Assembly: GCA_028534125.1 (NCBI GenBank)
Contig: CM052817.1
Coordinates: forward strand, 13,084,001 to 13,148,000
Length of the DNA stretch: 64,000 nt
Direction: 5' to 3'
Source of the DNA: Lama glama
Taxonomy: Eukaryota
A program made the translations under genes and the position numbers. Below the pieces are notes generated by a model. That model was not told where the DNA came from. It saw only the letters and a program-made list of their open reading frames with translations, and ran no database searches. This document shows positions 50,401 to 62,133 of the stretch, piece after piece. Every line of letters begins with the position of its first letter. Position 1 is the stretch's first letter.

Positions 50401-50539
50401 AAGGAATTGCTTTCCCCTTGGACACCCGTAGAGCATGTGCCCTCCATTGGGTACAAAAGAATTGGATGAGATATTATACTGAGTCAGTGTTTGACGCCAG
50501 CAACTGCTTCTCCCTCAAGCTGACTTGAAACTAGCTTCT

Positions 50540-50940
50540 GGAGCTGCTTACACTGCTCCACTTATTATTTTGTTTACTGCTACTTTTGGTGCCTCATAAA
50601 CACATTTTCATGTGCATTTTAATCGACTTGTTTTCAAATAGAGAGAACGAAAATTTCCTTGAGGCATTTGTCGTTCCTTATTCAGCCCGGAGCTGGAGCA
50701 GCAGTGCAGCAGTGAGTGGATAAATCCATCTGCGAGCTAATCTAGTGGAACAGCACTGAGCTCCCTCGTTTGACAGAAGTAATTATAGCACGGGGGAGGG
50801 CTCAGGGCACCACTTTGCCCCAAACACCCTGCCCTTCTCAACTTGTGTGAGTTGGAAAAATAACAACAGCAACAAAAAATTCGCTCCAGTAAGTAATTAA
50901 TTCTCTATGGACAGACACACTTTTTTTAGAGATTAATTAG
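50540..50940. promoter_or_regulatory. Candidate conserved enhancer block
   Basis: TGTTTAC 50571, CATCTG 50727, TGACAG 50771, TAATTA 50780, several CpGs, no repeat recognised. Confidence 0.45.
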
Positions 50941-53574
50941 TATTCAGTAATTGTAGTGCATGTGCACACTAGGTATTTGAAATGGTTGTAGCTTTTTTTC
51001 ATGTAAGGTAGATTCTCTAATGTGTGCCTTTACTCTGAATTTTTTAGTCACTTTTGAATGTACTGATTTTAGATTCTGGTTGAGCTAATATTTGCGAGAT
51101 AGGTTGCTGTAAAGTTTTGTGTAAAATTGCTTTTTGCCCAGATGGTTCACTTCGTAGAACTTGTTTCTGGATGTCATAATCAAAGATAAATTTGTAGTAA
51201 TGATATTAGATTAGAAAGGCTATGGAACATATTTTGAATTCAGTTGCTAGATTTCTTTGTATGAAAGGACAGATTGGAACATGATTTTTAGAAATGTGTA
51301 CCATTTGTGATTACTAATTATTAATCACATTTCCAGGAAATTAATCTGCTTAATGCTGTATGACAAAATCTGTGGTTAATAATGTAGGCTGCATAAGCAC
51401 CTTTTCCTGATTGGTAGAAACATATTAAAAATAATGGAAATTAAGGTAAATTTTGTAATATTTCATAATCAACAACTCATGCTGACACAACAAAATGAAG
51501 AATTATTGTGCTGTGTTTTTCAGTGTTGATATCAGCAGTAATCAGGACCCATCACACATGATAACAGGGTTGTACCACGTCATTTTCCCTTCATAGATTC
51601 TCTGTGTAGCTTTAGAATTAGGAAACAGTGGGTATGGAGTTTGAGCCATGCTATACCTAAATCTGAGCTGTATTTCACAACAAAGTTTTAGCAAGGCTAG
51701 AACACTTAGCAGAAGTCTAATAAACCCAGGACCAGAATCTAAATTTAAATATCCTGCTTTAAAATGAAACCATTGGTTTAATTGATCTATCTGTTGCTTT
51801 TTGAACCTTTTGATGTAGGTATCTTTTAGTCATTTGAGTCGATCCTACTGTTCATCCACTCACTCAGCAAATCTTTATTGAGCAACTACATGTAGTCACT
51901 GTCCCAGGTGCCGCATATATAGACACTGTCAACGGCATGGCTGTCTACCTCCAGAAAGACTGCTTAATGATTAGAAGCTTAAATGTTTATGTTAGGAAAG
52001 CAGTCAACCCTCTGTTTCTGATAATGATTTTGACCTTCAGAAACATAAAGCTTTTCCTACAATTTTTCATTGATATTCGTTCAGTAATCTGTGTTTTTTT
52101 TTTCTTTCTTTTTTGTTTTGTTTTGTTTAGGACCTAGTCTATGCAAAGTATCTTTTTAAATACAGTCAAAACCGCAAAGACAGAAATATATGGTCTTTCT
52201 TCCATTATAGCTTACAATCTAGCAGGCACGGTAGATGGACACAAGGGGACACCCCTCTGATCAAGGTGACAATGACACAGGTACTATAAAGAGAAAATAA
52301 ACAATCTGCTATGGGATTTGGAGGGATATTCGTTCTCATTGGGGTGATCTGGGAAGAGCTCTTAGAGAAATTTTCTTGAATATTATCCACCTTTTCATTG
52401 TATTTTGATAATATTCTCCTTCCCACACTCCTCCTACATTGCAACATTACTAGCAAAAAATGTGACATTACCTTGGCATATGAGGGTTTAAATTAATACA
52501 ACAGCCATCTGTTTCAGGGAGAGTGGATCTATAGTCAACATTTCCTCTCCCTTTTCCTTTTCCTGCCAAACTCCCCACACTTGGTTTGTATCCTTCTCTT
52601 GTCTCCCTCTTTGACACCCTGGGGATTTAAATTCCATTCACTCTAGTGAATCATTTTCTGAATGGTCGCCCTTGACCTCCATCTAACCAAACAGAAGAAC
52701 CTTTAATCTTACTAATCCTGCTTAACCTGCAGGTTGGTAGACACTGCTGATAACCCCTAGCTTCCATCTTAAAACAGTATCTTTCAGATAATTTTCTCTT
52801 CTTTTCTTTTGTTCCGACAGGAGAGCTTTTTTTTTTTTTTCCTTTTCTCTGCTATAATACATTTTTGGAAGGCAGGGAACCATGGTTAATTTTATTTCCT
52901 GTAATGCCTACCTTGCCAAGAATATAATAGGTGCTCTACATATACTGCAGATTCATCTTGGGAGAGTTTATATTGGTGGCACCTACCATCAGTTATTGTT
53001 TGTGGACTGCGCAGGGGATGTGGATAGTGTTTTACTAATTTTTGTAGGAAATAACACTATCTATCATATAAATCAAATTACATTTGATTTTAAATCCACA
53101 TTCCACAAGGCAGGCGGAAACTTAAATCTGTCATGTTGACAGCCCCCAGGATCCTATAAAAATTGAACGTATTAGGCACTACCAAGAAAATAGTACCAGG
53201 ACCACTCTCTTTAGTTCCTCTAGGTCACTCTGATGTGTTGTCTTCCAAAATCCCCGTGAGTCCTTGAAAACCTGTGGCTCCTTTGCTCTTTGGCTCTGTG
53301 CCTTAATTGGGACACAGCAATTTTTGCCAAGTCTGAGATCTTGAGTGTCCTGGGCCAGCATCCTTTTGCATACTTGGACCTTTTCCCTGCAGAGGTCCTG
53401 CTACTCCCTATGGGTGTTTTAAGGACCTTTGGCCCTCACGTCGTCTGGAATCAATTCTTCTTCCTATGTGACTGCCCTTGATCCGGTTTCTCCTAGCTTG
53501 ATGGAGCCAGCTTCCTGGATGGAGACAAACCTAGTAGCAAGAAGTCTACAAATTCTGCCAATGCTCCTGTAACT

Positions 53575-53788
53575 CAAGATTTCTCAGCCTCAGCGCTGTT
53601 GACACCTCGGACCAGATGAGTCTTTGTTATGAGTGGCTATCCTGTCTGTTGTAGGAGGTTTAGCAGCATTGCTGGCCTCTACCAAATAGATGCTGGTAGC
53701 ATCCCCCACTTGTGACCATCAAAATTGTCTCCAGACACTGCCAGATATCTCCTGGGGAGACAAAATGATCTTTGGTAATGAGTCACTG
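53575..53788 (-). mobile_element. MER20 hAT-Charlie DNA transposon
   Basis: tttctcagcctcagcgctgttgaca...tgtaggaggtttagcagcattgctggcctctacc...gatgctggtagcatccccc...tgtctccagacactgccaga is the reverse complement of MER20. Confidence 0.9.
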
Positions 53789-54866
53789 TTATGACTCAAA
53801 CTTCCTGAGATGTGAAGAGCTCTGTGTAAACTATACTGCAACAAATATGTAGGCAGAAGATAGTAATTCTCCTTTAGAAAAAAATGAGAAAATTAGTTGG
53901 ATTAGTAACCAAGTAGGGGACGGTAGTGAAAAGGAAGAGGAGTGACACTTATGTGTCAGCAAGATGTTATTCACATTTTACTGAACACTAGGAAACGGTA
54001 TCTCAGGACTGCTCATTTGTTAGGTAGAAGAGGCAGGTTTCAAGCCCACATCCATCCAACCTCAGATTTCAAGCACTTTTCATGATACCATATACTAGTC
54101 TAGCTGTGCAGTTCACTTTGCCAAATATTTGAGTGCCTGCTTAAGAAGCCTGTATTCTTTGCCTTACTCTGTAGTGTGGCATTTTGTGTTGAGCACTAGA
54201 TTACAGGCATAAACATAGTTCACCAAAAGTGAGTCAAAATGTGAAATGCCCATTCAGTTCATTCAAATTTGAGTAGCAGATGTGTCTAGAATTCTTAAAG
54301 GTTATGACTTTTATAGACTATCTGCATGAGAAACATCAGGATGAACTCAAAGCCTGTGCCATTTACGATTTTGCCAGCCTCTGGTTCTTTTAGGACAAGT
54401 GAGGCAGCTAAATAGAATGTGAGAGAACTGAGTGAGCAAAAGTGGAAGCGGGGGAACTTCTAAAGAGAAAGAATGGCATATGGAGATGATGCAGAGCGTA
54501 TAACTACAAGTCTGTAACAAGGCAGATGCAGCAATGCCCACGATGAAAGGAGAGAAATGGATTTGCAGTTGGGCATTTGTGGTGGGGTCTTTTTATATAC
54601 TCTCTGGATTTTATTCTCTAAGCCTTTGGGGAGCCATTGAAGGATTAAAAGCTGTAGCGTTTCATAAACAGATTTGTGTTTTAGAGGGAAAAAACCACTG
54701 CTGTTATAGCATGAACACTGGGTTTGAGTGGGCACAAGTCTCTGAAAGAGAAGAGTTAAGATGCTCTTGGTGCATCCAATCAAGAAAATTGAGGTTCTGC
54801 ACAGAAGTAGTGCCAGTGGTGACTTTTTATTTATTCACTTATTTTTATTAAGTTTTTTTCCTAATT

Positions 54867-55022
54867 CACAACTTCTCAAACTTTAATGTGCATCCAAATC
54901 ACCTGTTAAAATGCAGGTGCTCATACGTTAGGTTTAGATGAGTCCCAAGATTCTGCGTTTATTGCAAACTTCCCGATGGTACCGGTGCTTCTAGTTCATG
55001 GACAGTATGATAGGTAGCAAGG
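54867..55022 (+). mobile_element. MER5A-like hAT element
   Basis: cttctcaaactttaatgtgcatccaaatcacctgttaaaatgcagg...agattctgcgttt...gtagcaagg. Confidence 0.75.
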
Positions 55023-55059
55023 TTCTCAGCAACATCCACTGTGCTGAATACGGAAGGAA

Positions 55060-55520
55060 TAAGGCAATATTATGTCATGTTGAACTTGTGGTCCCAGGTG
55101 ACTGCAACATAGGAGTTCCAACTCTGTCATTAGGAGTTGGTTTGCCTTTGTCTCCAGCTTTGACCTTCCTATGTTGGCTTCACTTCCTGGCTTCACATAG
55201 TATCCTTCTGCAGCTCCGGGAGCACATCCTCCCAAGTTCAAGTTTGGTAGAAATAAATCCCTGGCCTCTTTTCCAACAGCCTCTGTGAAAAGTCTCATGG
55301 CATTGCACTGGCTCCAGTTAAGTCATACGTCTGCTTCTGAACAAATCACTGGGTCAGAAGGACTGCGATGTTCCAGTTAGCTTGGCTTGAGTTTTTCTGT
55401 TCCTGGAATCAGTAGTAGAGTCAACTCCACCTGAAGTACTTGGACTGACATTGGGGAAAGTGTACCAATCCCAAGGGAAAAACTCAGGAAACTGAACTGA
55501 AAAGGTGATTTGATTTCTAC
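55060..55520 (-). mobile_element. Old MaLR LTR (MLT1K/L-like) fragment
   Basis: gcactggctccagttaagtcatacgtctgcttctgaacaaatcactgggtcagaagg...gagtcaactccacctgaa. Confidence 0.6.
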
Positions 55521-55545
55521 TGTATGCAGTGACTGAATGTATACC

Positions 55546-56190
55546 AGTGCTTTCCAAGTGTTCTTAATTTCTTAGAAATTTTTTTCATGGAGCTCTAGTC
55601 CAAAAGAAGCACCTAACAGTTAATTCTTTTGGTAGTTAGGTCTTAATAACTTAATAAGGATTTCTATTCTAACAACTTACTGGAGTTCTGTTTATTAACT
55701 AGTTAATTCCAAACAACTTAATAAGATTTATGCCCCAGCCATTAGGTAGCTGTTTGATAAAACATTACATATAAATTAAAAGAAAACTACTATTTCTGTT
55801 TCATTCTTAAGTAACTACAATCCCCTCCTAAAGGGATGTGTGCACTTGTTGGGCTCCACACAGTTTCTTGACCTCAGGTTAAGATTGGATAATGCCACCC
55901 TCATTTCCTGTTCTACGCTGATTTTTTGTGCAGTAATTCCCCCCTTTTTTTTTCCTTCGAGATTTACCAATCCCTATAACCCCAGCTTTACAAAACTGTG
56001 ATGTCATCAAAAGGAATGTAGTGTGAGCACCATATTTCTTGGAACTGTGCACTGCCTTAAGCTAATCATTGGTGTGGTCTCCAATCAATGCTGAGTATCG
56101 CTCTGCTGCTCTAGAAATTTTAAAATATCATGGCAGCCCCTTTGAATTCCCCAAGTTGCCTTGGTGCACATACCATGGTTTTAGAAATTT
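55546..56190 (-). mobile_element. hAT Charlie4a-like element
   Basis: gggatgtgtgcacttgttgggc...gccaccctcatttcctgttc...gatgtcatcaaaaggaatgtag...aaattttaaaatatcatggcagcccct. Confidence 0.7.
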
Positions 56191-57469
56191 CATATTTGAA
56201 TTTCCTATTAGATATCTATGTAGGAATAGAGAATCAAATGTTGGCCATCTGGGTTGAATTTAGGTAAGAGGTCTTGGCTGGTGGGCAGTCTTAGCATAGA
56301 GGTCTGGTTCATTCTGCATCTGGACCCAGAGAGCTCTAAGGTGGTACCATGCACCTTTACCTTCTCCTTGAGAGTAGAATGTCCTGTCACTACTCAGCTA
56401 CCACACAGCTTCACAGTACACACTGTTACTCTTTGATCTTATGAGTCCTGAATCTGTCTGATTGATGTCCTCCATGGAGTAACTTATCTCGGTATTTGCA
56501 TTTTATTTTGTATTTGCATTTAAAATAAACTGCACCAATAGTGGTGTTTTTATCTTCTAAACAATCTCTGGATTGTTCAGTTACTGGCTTAAATAACTGG
56601 GAGGTGGGTATCATGTATTTTTCAATAACGTGGTTAATCTGAAGTTTTAAACTTTGTTCCTTTAAATTTAACCATGTGTACCAGAGCTTAATTAATAAGG
56701 ACTGAGCAGAGCATTTGCTTTTGAGCTTGAAGTGATTGTTTCTGCCTGAAAGTAGTTGATAGAGTATTTTCTCATTGATTATGATTCTTTTAGCTTGTTT
56801 GTTTTTTTAATGCTGTGGAGTCAGTATCTTCCAGACTGAGTTTTTAAATAACTTAAGTGTAGCCTGGAACCAGATTTTCCAAAGCACGTGCAAGCTTTCG
56901 TTTTACTAGAGTCAATAATCTTTCTATCTGCCTAGTTCATGCCTGAGATATAATGGGATTCTATCATCACTGTCTCACTGTAGCTCATCTATTACTCATC
57001 ATCTCATGAAACTGTCGCTCCTACTGACTATGCAGAATCACTTCTGTTTCAACCTCTTCCCACAGTCCAAAAATTAAAATGTATTGAGTATATTAGGTGC
57101 ACCACTGTTATGTGAATGTTTAATTTTTAAAGTTAAAAAGCAAAAGCTACTAATGGGTACTCAGTTTCTGCAGAATACTATATTGTTTTATTCTTTTTTT
57201 TTTTACTTTTTTTCACTCTTTGAATATCCACATAATTTCAACTTTTATTTATGAAAACAACATAATGTTAGATAGAGTGCTTATTTTTTCTTTCTGTTAG
57301 GTTCTACTTTTAAAATCTTTTATTACTGCAATGAAATGTTTGAAAAGTATTAGCACAACATTGTAATCATCTGTAGTAGCACACTTGGAAGCATGGTATC
57401 ATTGTCCATGTTTATTTTTGAGGTTTGATGTTTGTTTCTTAAATGGTATGAACACTGCTTGGCTATGAC

Positions 57470-57980
57470 ATGAATTTTTGACGCTGTGATATTTTAGGAC
57501 GAGTGTTAGTAATGAGCGTCTGTGAGTCTTTATCACATTGCGTAAACAAAGGTGCCCTAATGAGGTGTTGAGCGGTACTCCTGCCTGGGCAGCTGAGTTT
57601 GTTTGTGATCGTGAATGTCAACAGAGTTTCATAAACGATCATGCAGCTTGTGTTGTGATGATTGTCTTTCTGGTAGGGGCCGCTGACAGCTTTTCTTACT
57701 TCTTGTCGCAGCATTTATTTATTCATGATTGACATGTGACAGTCACATTCCTGGGTTTCATTTGTGTTTTTTTATCATGCAGATATTTGAATGTCTTTTA
57801 TAGAATGAGAATGACATTGCATCTGTTGCTTGTTGAAGACACTCTTGCTCTGTGCCTGCAAAATGTCAGTGCTGTATGCCTCTATGTATGTGATTTTTCT
57901 TTTGTACAGTCATTTTTCTCTTAGCATGGCAATGATTGATGGAACAGCTGTGTGATAGCAGTACTTAACGTGTCACTTAC
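57470..57980. promoter_or_regulatory. Candidate TALE/HOX-responsive conserved enhancer
   Basis: GTAAACA 57542, TGACAG 57684 and 57737, TGATTGACA 57726, TGATTGATGG 57933, CAGCTG 57945, high CpG retention. Confidence 0.55.
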
Positions 57981-60519
57981 TGAACTTCAAATCCTCTCCA
58001 TAGCTCACTGCATAGCTCTACTCACGGTCTGCTGATCCTGTCACTCCTGCTGGTTGTGCAGAGGAGAAGCCACTTCTCACCTTTCATTTTTTCATATTAC
58101 GGATCTAGTGTGTATATTTTATGCCCATGGTTTAACTGGCATTTTGTTATCATTTCTCTGGTGTTTATTATTAAGAGTTAGGATACTTTTTCACTCAGAT
58201 TAATACAAGCTGAAAAGTAGAGCACTTTGTTAATGCATATTAAGTACTAATCACCAAGGCTAGAGATTTTGGACATATAAATATATCAAATTGGATAAAC
58301 AATAATGACTATTTTCGCTGTTGGAAAGGAAAAATTAACTTGGGTCTTCAAATTTCCTAATTCTCGAAGCAGGTTAATTTCATAGCTATCAGTGTTTTAA
58401 GAAGTATTTGGTAAATAAATTTACAGTAATACAGAAGAAATATTATGTAGGAAACACCTTTCTGAAATCTACTGCTGTATAATCGGGAGATGCCATTTGA
58501 ATGTAGAAGTTAGGTAACTGGGAGAAGCATCAGATGAGTTGTCAGAGTATGTTACATCCTGCCTTTGTTCTAGATTCTAGCCTATTTCTACTAGAGTTAT
58601 TATAGTAGGAAAGTTAAGTGTATATTGATTCAGATTTGAGGTGCATTTTTGCAGCCATGCAATTACATGCCTTCTGAAAGAGAATTAACACCTGGCAAAG
58701 GTAAAACCTTATGCTTTCATGAGAATTCAAGTTTTAACTTTACAGGAAAAAAGAAAACTTTGTTTGAAAGCACGACAACATTGTGAAATTGGTGCAAAGT
58801 TCAATTATTTTATTTTGAACTTAAAGACGATACTTTCAAAAGGCGTCTTTAAAAAACCAAGTATAATGACAATAGAATTAAGCTTGTGATATAGTAAAAC
58901 TTTTAACTGTATCCAGACATGTTGTAAAAGATTTTTTTACAAACTGCATAACCACCAAGGCAGGAGCCAATGCAAATAATTCATAACTTTTAATAATAAA
59001 AAAGCATTTTAACTGAGAACAGATATGTGTATTGTTTACTGTACCGTATACGAGTATTTAACAACCCTGCATTATGGATGTTTTTTCTTGCATTTGGAGA
59101 GCTGCTCAGGTAAGGACATCAGAATCTTACGGATCCTGAATGCAGCTGCAAATAGTGTCCCTTAAAAGAGAGTGCAGCTGGTTTCCCAGTCTTTTTTGTG
59201 CCAGACAAGGAAGTGACTTTCCTTAGAGAAGAGGATTACAGTCATATCCTCCAACGAGGAAACTAGAACCAGATTTCTTTTTAGAACTTGCAGTGGGGAT
59301 TCTGAAGAAACGTTGCACTGAACTTTAGCTTATTCTAAACTCAAGTTACTAAGATTTCAGTAACTGCACGTTCAACTTCAGAAATAGATGGGACCACAGA
59401 ATAATGTGTACTTTTTGTAACTTAAAAATAATCCTGTTCCTTGCATGGGATTAAATGGTTAGCTCTTCTAAAACCAGAAGAAACTGCAAAGAAAAGTGAG
59501 CACTACATTAGCAGTTACTCAAATATCCTCTCAAGTGTTTCTTTAATTTGGTAATGAATTTTTGTATTTGTCTTCAAATTAAATGCCAGGCAAGCATGAT
59601 TTTCTCTTTTTTGTGTATCATATAAAAACATTTAATGCTAAATTAAGATAGGAAGGTAGTGTTTTACCTTTCCTTTCTGGAAAAAAAAAATCAAATATTT
59701 ATTAACTGCTTTCCATTGTTGTCTTTCTCTTTAGAAAGTAATTTGTGGTCAGTGGAGCCCAGCAGGGAAGCTCCTTTTCCTCCAGATGGCTGTGACATTT
59801 GAGAAAACCTTGGAGGATTAAAGGCACTCTAGTGAGCAGTCACTGCAAAGTCCTGACACAACTTGACAGTCCTAATCTGGGTCCCAAACTGATTGGATGA
59901 CCAAGGGCGCAAAATTCTCATCCAACTGTGCAATCACCATGCACATTTTTAAGGGCACTAAAATTGTTCCAAAGTTTTGGTGACTGTTTTAAACAAAAAA
60001 TATATAACCCTTTTCTCTATGGCATGTGCTTGGAAAGGCTCAGGAAGGTATCTCGTATGACTGAAAGAAAAAAAAAACCTAGGGCTATTTTTGCGCGAAT
60101 GAGCACAGCATGCTATAAATGTCTTTACTCTTTATTAAGTAGAGTTTGCAAACAATCTAAATGGTTAAATGGTAGAGGAAACTATAGAAATTGATCTCAG
60201 TGAGCAAAGCCTGCCAAACCTAATGGTATATTGTCACCATCTGCTGAAATATGATAACAGAATTAATACAATTATTGTCAGGATTTCAAAGAAAAAAAAC
60301 TTCGAAAAAAATTTCACATGTGGAGTGTGTGTCTGTGTGTGAGGGAGGCAGAGGAGAGAGAGAGAAAGAAGAGCAAAAGCAACAAAGAGTAGCACCTTAT
60401 ATGTTCTTTTTAACTCTTCCTCATTTTGTCAATTATTGTTTAAAATAATGAGAAAGACTTTTTCCTAATTTTTGAGCTGATTGAAGCTATCAAGTTTTGG
60501 CAAGGTGATTTTATGAGTT

Positions 60520-61210
60520 TGGAATTTTAATTACATCCACTGCAGCTTCCAAAATTGCCATGGCAACAGGTGTGTAATTATCAACCTTGTACATAGCTCA
60601 ATGTGTAATGCATTTCTTCCGGCTGAATGAATATTAAATCATACTGCTTAACACCTCCTCTACCAGCAAACAGATAAAGCTTTGGCCATGGCCTGTAAAT
60701 TGATCCTTCTTCTATAGGTTTCTCTTACTACAAAGCCATTGAATGGGGTAATTTGTGCCTTTGAGGGTTTTCTGAATTTGTTAGAGCTTGACAGAAAGCT
60801 AGTTTTACTCCATTTAATGGGGAAAAAAAAGTGACGTGTTTAATTACTACTCACATTTCCTTTTGTAGAATTCTCTCCAAAAGAATATACTGCTGTTGTT
60901 TTTGGTTGCAAGGTGTGTGTTCATGACAGATGACAGTTTTTTAAAAAGGCCTTTTCTAAAGACACTTTGTGTTTTATTTGCTGCTCTTTGTAACAAATGC
61001 AGGTGGTCTTTGTGTGGAGCACATGTGCAACGAAACCTTTGAATTATAACATAAATTTAGTCTCCTAATACATGTCAACTCTAAGAAGACAGTGTAATCC
61101 ATGATTTGTCAGTGAAGTCTAAACTTTACATTGTTTCTAATATTCCGGGTGGTCCTTTCAGACTGATTCCCACCTGTAAATAGGCGAAAGAGGGAATGAT
61201 TATCTATCAA
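60520..61210. promoter_or_regulatory. Candidate conserved enhancer with RFX X-box
   Basis: ATTGCCATGGCAAC 60554-60567, CAGGTG 60567, TAATTA 60575, AGATAA 60672, TGACAG 60789, TGACGTG 60832. Confidence 0.5.
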
Positions 61211-62105
61211 GTATTATCTTTTATTTTTCTCTGATTGTTATCACACTGAAGATCTTCCTTACATATCTAATGAAAGAGATAACAATGCACTTTTATTATG
61301 ATTGTTACTATTATTTTTTTTGATTACCCATTATCATTTAACTTATAAACCCAATATTTGACTGATAAAAGTGAGGCTTTTAAGAAGCAAGCATTATAAG
61401 AAATCTATTTATGTTTAAAATACACAGATCAGGTAGTGCTGCAAATGATAGGGTTAAATAGGAATCCAGCTACATGATCACAAAGTTATATGGATCTTTT
61501 CAATATTCATTCTCTGTTTTAATGGGTATTTTATTCTGGAATGACGTTCAGGAACTTGTGATCATTAAGTGAAACAAACATGAGTTGATCTGTGTAAGAA
61601 CAAAAGCTAGCATAAGAAGCTATGTTTAAAATTTGGTGTCTAGACATTTGGATTTCCCAGATGGATGAGGCTACAAAAGACTAGAGAAAGGCTGTACGTG
61701 TCGTTATGTATTTTTCTACTTTGCTGCTCCCTCTCCATCCTGGCCAACTACCCCACGATATGATATCCTTAAACTATCTTCGACTTTAATGTGTGTTTCC
61801 ATTTCAAACTAAAGTTGAGGTTACCAGGGGCACAAGATCACATCACCTTGTTATGTATCAGTGCACCGTAATATACAGCCTCCCCAGCTGCATTCATAAT
61901 ACGAATTGACAACTAAGAAAGAAGGTAAATGCTTTATTCACACAAATAGGTTAACATTCCTGAAGCAGTGTCCATGGCAGTGAAAACCATTAAAAGAACA
62001 TGGAGAATATACTGATTTTCTCTAGACCGGTTCTCTCCAGGATTTCTGTCTTTATTATTTCCTCTAGCTCATATTTAAACTGTATGTTTTTTAAAGAGAG
62101 GAGAA

Positions 62106-62133
62106 ACACACACACGCACGCACGCACGCACAC
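62106..62133. repeat. (CA)n/(CGCA)n microsatellite
   Basis: acacacacacgcacgcacgcacgcacac. Confidence 0.85.

Noticed and set aside
59100..59115. Donor CAG|GTAAGG
   Set aside because: No plausible upstream acceptor or open exon
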